Shown: positions 9,368 through 18,074, counted from the stretch's first letter. The stretch is DNA of 32,000 nucleotides from Nitrosopumilus sp. (GCA_965249555.1 OZ252243.1:1924961-1956960); one strand, 5' to 3'. The notes: a model not told the origin generated them from the letters alone. Numbers and translations: made by a program.

Positions 9368-12300
9368 TTTGTTTCTCCTCTGGTTTTTGTTTTAGTGTTG
9401 ATATGTCGGAATTAAGATCATAATATTTCATAACCCGTTTGTACACCTCACCATAAAATCTTCGCATATGTTCATTTCTATCTGAATCTGATAGTTTTGT
9501 ATAGTTTACATTATTGGATAGTTCGTCTTCTGAAAAGGAATTTTTATCGGATTTAAAATTTTGTAATATACTTTCATATTCACTTTGTGTTAATCCGTAT
9601 TGTAGTGCCGATAATGCATCAATTTCGGATGTTATTTCTATACGGTTAATCAATTGCAAATTCTCAACATCTTTCTTAGAAATAGAAAACACATCGGCCA
9701 TATCTTCATGCCATGTTTCAGAAAGTGTGAGCATTGCACTTAATTTGGATATTTTCTTAGCTATATCACTTGTAAAATTTTCTGGTACTGGTGTATCATA
9801 CAAATGATATGTCTCAACATGTTTGTCAATTTTGAGTCTTATAATAAAATCAAATGTGGTAGAATTGAATATTCCGCATAGATATGCATTGAGTTTATGA
9901 TAATCAGAAGAAATTTCAAACATACCAATACGTGGTATTGCCATATAGGTGGCTATTGTTGTAAATACGGATTGTGGTATGATACATGAGATCATTGTCC
10001 GTGTATTGCTAGTTCCGCTAACGTTTCTATACACAAGTCGTGGATTGTCGTGGATTTCTTTACTCTGACTATTAAATTTTGCAATAGTTTTAACTCGTGT
10101 TAATGTTTTTTTAACGTCTGCACGATATTGCGGTGTAGAATAATTATGAATATGTTGATGAAAGTTTTTTGATTGAAATACTGGCCAACCTCCTTCTTTA
10201 ATGAGTAATTTCCTATCTTTTTTCTCTCCCATGTTTAATTCTCTACCTAAATCGACTTGCCAAATTTTCATGTCTTCGAGCCTAGGATGTAATGCATATA
10301 ATTTCTGCATTATTTCATAATCTTTTTGATTTTTGACTTCATAAATCAATGACATTTTTGGGGATAATTCATTAATCTTCTTTTTAGATAAAACTAATGA
10401 TTTATTTTCCAAATTGTCCAATTCATCTAAAGTTTGCAGATAAAAGGCAGCAGGAAATTTATCAGAACCTTTAGAATTTTGAACACTTAAGAGAGCAAAT
10501 CTATAAGCAGAATGAATTGGAAAAATCTTTTTTCTATTTTCAAAAATACAAAGTGATTTTATGTTCTTTGTTAGAAAATGTTTTCTTAATGCAGTAGCCC
10601 CTCTTGAATTTGCTATTGCAGATGGCATCACCATTGAAAACATTCCACCGGGTGCCAATACCTGTAATGAACGTTCAATAATTATTCGATACAAATCAAA
10701 ATCAGTGTTCTCACCCAAACCCCCATGGTTTTTATAAAATTCTCTTTTATCATCAAAACCTTTTTTGTATTTTTTATATTCTTCATCATATTTTTTTCGT
10801 GTTTTTTCCTTATCTTTGGTAGATTTGTCCCTGTATTCGAAATCTAAATTCCCAAAAAATTCATTGTTATTGGGTCTTACTTTATCCCAAGGGGGGTTCC
10901 CAATTATCAAATCAAACCCTCGTCTTGAATCAGTAAATGCATCCATCATTGCTAATTCCCATTGGAAAAATCTATAGGTATTAGATTTGTTACGAATGTT
11001 TTGAATTGTTAACTTTTCGTCTTGATTCATATCTGCTCCTAAAACCACATCAGAGATTCGTTTAAGATAAGCTGGAATATTTTTTTGTGCTTTTTTTGGT
11101 ATAATATCATTATCCATTTTTAATGCAGTTATTGTGTCGAGCATCATTTTGTGTGGTCTAATTTGTTTCATGTATTCGGCATAGGCGTTTTTACTATCTT
11201 GTACTTGACCTACCGTAATATCTGAATTATGCCCCACAAGAGTGATAAATTTGGAAGATTTTTCAGGATCTTCAATCCAATTATCAAGACTTTGTTCTGT
11301 GGGATTTTTTAATTCATCAAGACGTACTCCTATTGTGGAATCTCCATTTTTGATATGATGATCCATGTATGTTAATGGAACACCTATTGCAAAGGAATCA
11401 AGCCATAAGGATAACTTTGCCAGATTTACTGCCATTGGGTTGAGGTCAACTCCAAATATACATCGCTTCATTATTTTGCGTTTTAATAATACGTCATGAG
11501 TGAGAAGATTTTCATCTATTGTGATTTTATTTTTCTTTTGCTCTGCAAGTATTGTCATTCTATCTGATTCAATCTCTTCTAATAATGGATGCCCAGGGTA
11601 TGTCTTGAGTATATCAGTTGCCCACATGGTAATTCTATTCAAAGATTCTACAAGAAAATGCCCACTTCCCATTGATGGGTCTAATACCTGTATGTCAAGT
11701 ATTCGATCCATACATGTTTTCAAATCTTTTTCATTCTTACTTTTTTTATATTGTTTCACATCTTCTGCAATTAATTTTTCACGTTCATCAAATATGGGAT
11801 TCAATCCCTGGTTTACTAGAAATGTTACAATCTCATCTGGGGTGTAAAAGCTGGCTGAGGTCTTTCGTGATACAATGCCCCCTTTTGATGCAAGATACAG
11901 GTCATTTTTCTTGTAAGAGTACGTTGCATCCTTTTGCGTTTTTATCTCTCTTACTCCCTTTGAATCTTCAAGTAGCATGATGTCTTTTTCAGTCTGACGT
12001 GGACTGAATTCCATCAAGGTCTCAAAGATGTTCCCTAAATGTCTGACACTAAAATCTGCATAATCTATTGCCCCTCCATCATCTTCCAAAAGACCATAAA
12101 GTGCATTTACAATAAACTTGTTCCCAATTGATATGTCGTCAATAGATGGGTCTTTTTTAAACAAATCCCCGTTGTATTGTGGAAGATTGTGTTTCTGGCT
12201 TCCGTTTCTTATTCCATCAAACAGAACAAGTAGAGCCTTCCAACACTCATCATCAGTATTTTTTTCAAAAGAATCAAGATGGTTCCGAATTGATTGCAGT

Positions 12301-13418
12301 GATATTGGCTTGTATTTTGCATCTCTAGTGGGTAAAAGATTTCTAGATTCAGCATATGCCAAGAACCATATGCGGTACATTATTTTCAGAGAGGTCTGTT
12401 TTGCTGATTCCAATTCCTCACTTGTAAATGTCTTTTTCATGTCATGCTCAAGAACACCCTTTACAATATCCAAGAACAGTCCATCCGGACTCATTATATT
12501 ATCTGAAAGATTTTCCTCTATCTCTTTGGCATAGTTTTTGCCCTCTTCAAAGAATGAATCAATATCCCTTTTCTCACCTATTTTTTCAAATGATGCCGCA
12601 CCAAACAACATTATGAGATATTTTGTAATACTGTCCTGTGCAGAGTCTAGTGATATCTCAAAATAATTAGTACTCGATGCGGAAATTTTGGCAGAATAAA
12701 GTCTCCATTTTTTGCCATTAGTAAGTATTGCCCACTGTGATTCACGTAATGTGGCAACTGCAATATAGCTTGGGGCGACCTCTGTTTCATTTTTTCTAAT
12801 GCTGAGATTGTCCTGATCTGTAACAGTTATGGATACTGTTTTGTCAAAATATGGACCAGAATTTGAAATATCCCAACCCAATTCAAAAAGCAGTTGTTCT
12901 GTATCTCCTATCTTTTCTTTTGCATTCCCTAGTTTGTCGTCAACATTTTGTCGTGTGTCTGTAAATATTCTGTTACGTAGATAGTGGGTAGAAAATAATC
13001 CCCTGTTTACAAAATCTCCTGTGGCATTTGATATTTTGTCAATTAATGTTCGGATTGCAAGCTGTAGATCAATATCATCCTGTGCGCTTTCCATGTTTGT
13101 TGATTTTAAAATGTTCGTAACACGTTGATATTCTGAATCATTTTCCAAAGATATAGTGTAACTTTGATCTAATGATTTGAAAAATAAGATATTTTTTTCT
13201 TTTAAAAATATAATACATGTGTTGAAATTTTTTGTCTGTTTTTTTACTTCTCGAACATTTTTTGGTCCGCTTTCAACAAATATGATCGGAACTTTTTTTG
13301 ACGGATTTAGATGATTAAGACTGTAGCAAAGCCATTCTTTGTGAAGTGGTGGTTGTATCTCTCGTTTGGTATCAAGACTGACTCCCATTGAGGCAAATAA
13401 TGTCTCTTGTGAAGACAA
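9351..13418 (-). CDS. Large gamma-class N6-adenine DNA methyltransferase (Eco57I/Type IIG-ISP-like) with long N-terminal and C-terminal (putative TRD) regions, 1355 aa
   Basis: Motif X FYTPDEIVTFLV, motif I VLDPSMGSGHFLV, motif IV IIGNPPW, in gamma order. The N-terminal region has WAILTNGKKWRLYS, reminiscent of restriction-enzyme N-terminal modules, but I see no clear D..ExK. The track start is TTG 13418; ATG 13388 (MGVSLD) is an alternative. Confidence 0.9.
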   Translation of the reverse strand: MSSQETLFASMGVSLDTKREIQPPLHKEWLCYSLNHLNPSKKVPIIFVESGPKNVREVKKQTKNFNTCIIFLKEKNILFFKSLDQSYTISLENDSEYQRVTNILKSTNMESAQDDIDLQLAIRTLIDKISNATGDFVNRGLFSTHYLRNRIFTDTRQNVDDKLGNAKEKIGDTEQLLFELGWDISNSGPYFDKTVSITVTDQDNLSIRKNETEVAPSYIAVATLRESQWAILTNGKKWRLYSAKISASSTNYFEISLDSAQDSITKYLIMLFGAASFEKIGEKRDIDSFFEEGKNYAKEIEENLSDNIMSPDGLFLDIVKGVLEHDMKKTFTSEELESAKQTSLKIMYRIWFLAYAESRNLLPTRDAKYKPISLQSIRNHLDSFEKNTDDECWKALLVLFDGIRNGSQKHNLPQYNGDLFKKDPSIDDISIGNKFIVNALYGLLEDDGGAIDYADFSVRHLGNIFETLMEFSPRQTEKDIMLLEDSKGVREIKTQKDATYSYKKNDLYLASKGGIVSRKTSASFYTPDEIVTFLVNQGLNPIFDEREKLIAEDVKQYKKSKNEKDLKTCMDRILDIQVLDPSMGSGHFLVESLNRITMWATDILKTYPGHPLLEEIESDRMTILAEQKKNKITIDENLLTHDVLLKRKIMKRCIFGVDLNPMAVNLAKLSLWLDSFAIGVPLTYMDHHIKNGDSTIGVRLDELKNPTEQSLDNWIEDPEKSSKFITLVGHNSDITVGQVQDSKNAYAEYMKQIRPHKMMLDTITALKMDNDIIPKKAQKNIPAYLKRISDVVLGADMNQDEKLTIQNIRNKSNTYRFFQWELAMMDAFTDSRRGFDLIIGNPPWDKVRPNNNEFFGNLDFEYRDKSTKDKEKTRKKYDEEYKKYKKGFDDKREFYKNHGGLGENTDFDLYRIIIERSLQVLAPGGMFSMVMPSAIANSRGATALRKHFLTKNIKSLCIFENRKKIFPIHSAYRFALLSVQNSKGSDKFPAAFYLQTLDELDNLENKSLVLSKKKINELSPKMSLIYEVKNQKDYEIMQKLYALHPRLEDMKIWQVDLGRELNMGEKKDRKLLIKEGGWPVFQSKNFHQHIHNYSTPQYRADVKKTLTRVKTIAKFNSQSKEIHDNPRLVYRNVSGTSNTRTMISCIIPQSVFTTIATYMAIPRIGMFEISSDYHKLNAYLCGIFNSTTFDFIIRLKIDKHVETYHLYDTPVPENFTSDIAKKISKLSAMLTLSETWHEDMADVFSISKKDVENLQLINRIEITSEIDALSALQYGLTQSEYESILQNFKSDKNSFSEDELSNNVNYTKLSDSDRNEHMRRFYGEVYKRVMKYYDLNSDISTLKQKPEEKQNGQEN

Positions 13419-13451
13419 TTAGAGGTCTCCAACTTTGAGCAGATTTCGGTG

Positions 13452-13510
13452 ATTGGAAGAAGGAATTGGAAGAAGGAATTGGAAGAAGGAATTGGAAGAA
13501 GGAATTGGAA
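13452..13510. repeat. Tandem repeat, 13-bp unit ATTGGAAGAAGGA x4 perfect plus a 7-nt partial copy
   Basis: Units at 13452-13464, 13465-13477, 13478-13490 and 13491-13503, with a partial unit at 13504-13510. The array lies 33 nt upstream of the MTase TTG start. Confidence 0.95.
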
Positions 13511-13602
13511 TTGAGTGTCAGTCATGCAATGGGGGCTTAAGTTAGCCGATATTTTAATCCCATGGAATCAAATATGATGTATGATTTCCATACATGAATA
13601 AT

Positions 13603-13812
13603 TCAAATTTTCCTCTGTTCATCCTTTACCCTCTTCATCTTCTGTATCATCTCATCCCTCTTACTTTTTAAAAGACTGTATTCGTATTGTAATGCGGTTT
13701 TTTTGGACTTTGCAGACACCTCAGGACCTCAATATTTCTGTACAGTCTTGCCATTTTCAAAATATTCAAAGTAGGTGTATTTTTTCCCGTATTTTCTTAG
13801 ATTATACCTACC
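13603..13812 (-). pseudogene. ORF remnant with in-frame TGA (13729-13731), no start codon
   Basis: Read by eye: HGRYNLRKYGKKYTYFEYFENGKTVQKY*GPEVSAKSKKTALQYEYSLLKSKRDEMIQKMKRVKDEQRKI*. The ...GKxxxKY(L)G... pattern resembles C-terminal tails seen in mobile-element proteins, from memory only. Confidence 0.3.
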
Positions 13813-13846
13813 ATGTTAATTTAAAAAATACATATCTTATAACATG

Positions 13847-14725
13847 TTATTTTATTCCTATCGGGGCTTGACTTGCAAATGTCACCTTCTTTTCAAATGG
13901 GGTCTTGCCAAAACGAATCCATGATCGAACATTGGAATTAAAGAACCATGTAAAGCCAATGGATGTAAGAATATTGCAGATATCCCTCCATTGTTCTGAT
14001 TCAAGCCATCCCTTGGGTTCCACTTTTATGACATCACCACTAGCAAAGACAGATACACAATCGTTGTAATTTCCAAGTTTCTGGGTTATCTTTCTATTCT
14101 CTGAGACATTCTTGCTTGCAGCCATTGGGATTAATGTGTGATATTTTCCAGCAGAGACATCGTCTGTGATTGGTTTTAGCGTATCTACATACATCTTTAT
14201 GATTTTAGAAAATTTTTGAACCCAGATAATAATCGTATTGTGTGGAATTGGAATATTGTGAGAGAAATTTATGTGATCTGAGGCTTTGCGATATGACATG
14301 CCAGACATTACCATGTTAAGGGAAGATGTAATTATTTCTGGCGTATATTGTCTTCTCAAAACCTATCTCAGTTGAGACAAATCTTCTGTTGCACGACTTG
14401 CACTTGTTTTGATGATTTCTTGCCTGCCTTTGTGTACTTTGTGGTTCCTCAGTTGATACAGGCAATCACATGCTGTATTGGTTCTTGAGGAACCAGGCAC
14501 CACCTGTTTTGGAATAGTTGGGACGATAATTTTGTATTGTTTTATGACCTCAAGTATGTGATCACATAATTTATCATCAGAGCCTACTCTGATGGCATCA
14601 AGAAATTCTTTACATGTGCATGTCCATGAATTAGGATTCTTTCTATTTCTTTCTGCAACATATGATTTGTGTAAATAGTTTGATGTGACAATGAATCTAG
14701 GGGTTTTTTCAGGGGGGTCGGGCAA
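13847..14725 (-). pseudogene. Transposase-like protein (N-terminal SWIM zinc finger plus HTH) interrupted by in-frame TAG (14363-14365); no DDE core recognisable
   Basis: SWIM CxCx16CxH: WTCTCKEFLDAIRVGSDDKLCDHI. The frame continues ...SQLR*VLRRQYTPEIITSSLNMVMSGMSYRKASDHINF (HTH-like). The ORF begins immediately inside the repeat-family terminus. Confidence 0.55.
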
Positions 14726-14794
14726 TTCGAATAAGATCCATATTTGAGACTTTTGAGCATTAACTATGTCAGATCACCTAGATTGACCAGAGCC
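14699..14794 (-). repeat. IS-end repeat, ~96 nt, outer end at 14794
   Basis: The reverse complement aligns over ~95 nt with 17016-17110, mostly identical apart from a divergent ~9-nt stretch (ctgacatagtt versus ctagtatggat). The outer 46 nt also align with 2883-2928. Confidence 0.85.
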
Positions 14795-15093
14795 GTGTTG
14801 GTTCATCCTCAAAGAGTAAATAACCAATCTATTTTTAGTTTATTTTCTTTTTTGTATTTTTCATAATTCAATCATACCTAATTCCCTTTTGTATTATTTA
14901 GTATGATCTAGATGTGGTTACATTTCACAAATAACAATCACAGTAATAATACATATTATTTATGATAAATTTGACATATAGTAATTAAGATAATATTATT
15001 GAAATTTTGTTATTTAGTTTAATCTCCAATAGTGAGTTAATAGCCTCAAACTCCTAGTATTCATTTTAATACGAATCTGTTTTTTCAGAATAT

Positions 15094-16890
15094 GTGAAAT
15101 TATTTAGTATTGTTATGTTTGTTTTAGGTTTTTCTTTATTTGTAACAACTCCAATTTTTGCAACAATAGACAATCATACACTAACAGGATATGATCAAAA
15201 ATCAACAATTCAAATAGAGTTTGATAATAATCAACTAATTCGATATTCTTTAGAATTTTTAGATGGCGATTCTAAGCAAATAAATCTAACACAAATTGAT
15301 CCAAAATTCAAAATAAAAGATGATAGATTTTTTGTGATTGATAGGGCAAACGGACTTTTTATTATTGGAAAAAACATAGAAGATAAAAAATGGATTATAA
15401 TATCAAAAATAAAACTTGATTCAGAAAAAATAACTAAAAGATGGATTATAGATATTGAACCAACAAAAAAGATAACTGGACAGCGTGATTTGTTGGCAGA
15501 AAACGATAATAAATCAAGTCTAATAACTGAAAATTCATTTAAAAAATCTCAAAACTTGGACAAGTATAAGAAAATAGATGAAGCTGAAAGAATCCATCAA
15601 GAGAAACTGAAAAGATTAGAATCTCAAAATAATAAATTATCAAAAACAGAAATGGAAGCAAGTTATAGTAAATATGAAGAATACAAAAAAACAATTTTTG
15701 ATAGAGATGATGATAGACCTAAACCAATAGTTGATTCAAAAAATCAAGATGATATAGGATCTATGAAATTATTTTTATCATTGCCAAAAACTGTAGAGCA
15801 TAAACAAAAATTAGTTTACAGTGTTTTAGTAACTGATGAAACTAGAGGAAAATTTGAATCAAGTTATAATTCGTTTGTTGGTAATGGTATAGTTGATGTT
15901 ATTATTTCTAGTGTGATAAAAAATCCTCTAAATGTTGTCCTGCATGAATCAGATGGTGCTACTGATTCTAATGGTCTGTACAGTGATTCTTTCATAATAC
16001 CTGATAGGTCAACTACAAAGGGGAAATACATTTTAGAAATTAGTGCTACCAAGTCCATAGATGGAACTATACTAAAAGAGAGTTTACAAAAGAATTTTTT
16101 TGTCAATTCTGTTCATCAATCTGATAATACAAGACCATATTCTATAATAAAAGATGTATTGCCCATAATAACTATGAATCAAACAATACCAATTCTAGGC
16201 AATTTGATCAGTACCATTAAGATAGAATCTTCAAAGATTAATGCTACACATTTTAAGAGTAATGGTGGTGAAATATTTTACCTTGCCTTAAACAATCAAA
16301 CTGAATATTCTAAAGATGGCGAATATAACAAACTTGAAATAACTGCATTGCCCTATGATACAAAAAATTTTGATCTAACAAATTTTGATACAACACACTT
16401 TAAAAATTCTGATGATGTCTTTCATCGTATAAATGATACAGGAGACATAGAAACTTGGAATGGTGAAGAGTACATATTTGCGCCTAACTATACAGGATAT
16501 CAAAAGATCAATCATGCACAAGCACAATTTTTCTTAAAGGACACAGACATAGCTGATTATACAGTAACAAAATCAGAATGGCATTTAGATCAAACTGTGA
16601 AAGTTCAACTAAATGGAAGTGCTAGTTGGGATAGTGATGATCCTTTTAGTTCTTTAGAATTTTTATGGAGTATTGTAAATCCTGAAAAAAACAAATACGA
16701 AATAGATAAATCACAACTTACAGGAGCAACACCTACAGTTGATCTTAATGCTGAAGAAAAAGAAGTATTTTGGTTTGAATTGACTGTAAATGATGGAAGA
16801 AAGGATGACAGAACCCCTGCTTTGATGAATGTAACCATGTATAATGGGACAATCTATGATTCAAATTTTGTCTGCAAGTACTGTAAGTGA
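15094..16890 (+). CDS. Secreted protein, 598 aa, with a Lys/Glu-rich coiled-coil segment and a C-terminal PKD-like domain
   Basis: Signal-like N-terminus MKLFSIVMFVLGFSLFVTTPIFA (GTG start). C-terminal VQLNGSASWDSDDPFSSLEFLWSI...FWFELTVNDGRKDD resembles the PKD pattern LDGSxSxDxD..L.Y.W......f.LTVtD. Confidence 0.7.
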   Translation: MKLFSIVMFVLGFSLFVTTPIFATIDNHTLTGYDQKSTIQIEFDNNQLIRYSLEFLDGDSKQINLTQIDPKFKIKDDRFFVIDRANGLFIIGKNIEDKKWIIISKIKLDSEKITKRWIIDIEPTKKITGQRDLLAENDNKSSLITENSFKKSQNLDKYKKIDEAERIHQEKLKRLESQNNKLSKTEMEASYSKYEEYKKTIFDRDDDRPKPIVDSKNQDDIGSMKLFLSLPKTVEHKQKLVYSVLVTDETRGKFESSYNSFVGNGIVDVIISSVIKNPLNVVLHESDGATDSNGLYSDSFIIPDRSTTKGKYILEISATKSIDGTILKESLQKNFFVNSVHQSDNTRPYSIIKDVLPIITMNQTIPILGNLISTIKIESSKINATHFKSNGGEIFYLALNNQTEYSKDGEYNKLEITALPYDTKNFDLTNFDTTHFKNSDDVFHRINDTGDIETWNGEEYIFAPNYTGYQKINHAQAQFFLKDTDIADYTVTKSEWHLDQTVKVQLNGSASWDSDDPFSSLEFLWSIVNPEKNKYEIDKSQLTGATPTVDLNAEEKEVFWFELTVNDGRKDDRTPALMNVTMYNGTIYDSNFVCKYCK

Positions 16891-17015
16891 GTTTGATAAA
16901 AAACCTGACATGTATAATGGAACAATCTGTAATTCATCTATATGTTAACAATGATTAATCTATATTTGGTTTAAAATTTGAGATTCTTGAAAACTCATCC
17001 AGTAATACAATTTTA

Positions 17016-17110
17016 GGCTCTGGTCAATCTAGGTGATCTAGTATGGATAATGCTCAAAAGTGACAAATATGGATCTTATTCTAATTGCCTGACCTCCTGA
17101 AAAAACCCCT
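17016..17110 (+). repeat. IS-end repeat, ~95 nt, outer end at 17016; degraded IS interior follows to ~17530
   Basis: ggctctggtcaatctaggtgatcta...aatgctcaaaagtgacaaatatggatcttattctaattgcctgacctcctgaaaaaacccct aligns with the reverse complement of 14699-14794. The ORF start is corrupted: LPDLLKKPLIKSD... versus MPDPPEKTPRF.... Confidence 0.85.
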
Positions 17111-17573
17111 GATCAAAAGTGATATAAAAAATTCCTGAATACTATCAGAATTCCCCAAAATATACACTGTACAATTTTGGTGATCCGGACTCAGAATTCT
17201 AAAACAGACGTTTCTGATCTTTCTTGATATGCTTTTTGTTTTTACCAGTAGGTTTTTTGGGATTTTTAGAAATCTCAGCTCTGCATTTATGACAGTTTGG
17301 CTGTCAGACCACCATGCAAAAGTCTGCCTTGATGGATGTGTTGCATTGCGCATAAAGATAAGAACTTTTTTTATCGTTAATCACAAAACACTTGTTTTCT
17401 GCATTTGATAAAAGAGTGTGAATTTTTTTCTGATCAATTTCAGATAAAAATTCAGGTTTTTTACTGCATGGGGATATTATTGGTTTTAATTCTGTAGTGG
17501 ATTGTTCTAGTCAAGTACTTTAGAATGATAAAAGCGATTTACATCTTTTATACTACCAAATATTTTGAATTCT

Positions 17574-18074
17574 TTAGTACATGATCATCTCTTTGATTTT
17601 GTTTGTAGTGGGTCCAGTTCCATGGAGCAGTTGCATTTTCTCAGATTTTGATCCTCCTTCTGTAACAAATGGAATTTGATTCCACATCTCAGAGAGAGAT
17701 GCTTTTTTGATTTCCATATTGTCAATTCTTTCTTGCTCTTGTTTTACCAGTGTCAAAATAGCTTGTCTCACACTTGATGCAAAATACTTGGCAGGATACG
17801 ACATTTCAGATGTGACTAATCCCATACTTTACAATGAATTTACAATATGACATGTTTCAGTTCTGGGAGTTTGAGTTCCCTTTGATATTTCCAATGCTGT
17901 CCTTGAATCGTATTTTCCCAGATAGATGAAAACCCTGCTTTGATTAGAGGTCAATCCAAAATAGATCAACTCTTTCTTAATTTTCTCAAGAATGATCTGA
18001 TGTCTATGAAATTCTGTTTCAGAATTATTACCAAATAGAGAGATTGTTTCTGGCTTTATGATTGCTCCTTCATG
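17574..18074 (-). pseudogene. TrmB-like winged-helix regulator remnant with in-frame TAA (17829-17831), no ATG, C-terminally short
   Basis: Read by eye: ...ILEKIKKELIYFGLTSNQSRVFIYLGKYDSRTALEISKGTQTPRTETCHIVNSL*SMGLVTSEMSYPAKYFASSVRQAILTLV.... This fits the TrmB N-terminal pattern LGLs..Ea.vY..Ll..g..ta.eIa...gvpRt.vY.vL..L..kGlV. The frame is open from 18074, with TTG at 17969 the only plausible start. Confidence 0.5.

Noticed and set aside
6324-12616. Numerous plus-strand track ORFs (for example 6324..6536, 7197..7547, 8229..8645, 8970..9395, 11500..11847, 12118..12534).
   Set aside because: They are antisense to the two long, motif-rich minus-strand genes and have Ser/Phe/Leu-rich low-complexity translations typical of shadow ORFs.
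6059-13418. Calling the operon a complete DISARM, BREX or Type I system.
   Set aside because: No DUF1998/drmB-like or drmA-like ORF, no PglZ/BrxC/BrxL, and no HsdS/HsdR-like ORF lies anywhere in the window. Only the parts listed are present.
13307-13525. Track ORF running through the 13-bp repeat array. The idea was that a change in repeat number (13 = 3n+1) could fuse ATG 13525 in frame to the methyltransferase as a translational phase switch.
   Set aside because: In the MTase frame a TAA (13419-13421) lies immediately upstream of TTG 13418, so no N-terminal extension is possible whatever the repeat number. The 72-aa ORF is low-complexity repeat translation.
5524-14802. Target-site duplication flanking the 16-bp inverted termini.
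   Set aside because: The flanking sequences (aaacttga and gtgttggt) share no direct repeat, so a single clean transposition event is not demonstrated. I kept this as a caveat on the finding.
15864-16838. Minus-strand ORFs 15864..16106 and 16605..16838.
   Set aside because: They are antisense to the 598-aa secreted protein gene.
17081-17353. A 90-aa track ORF, and an alternative frame with a Cys-rich stretch (CNTSIKADFCMVV*QPNCHKC) that might be a zinc ribbon.
   Set aside because: The region is degraded IS interior. The track ORF runs into the repeat terminus, and the Cys-rich frame has its own in-frame stop and no start. This is too weak to call.
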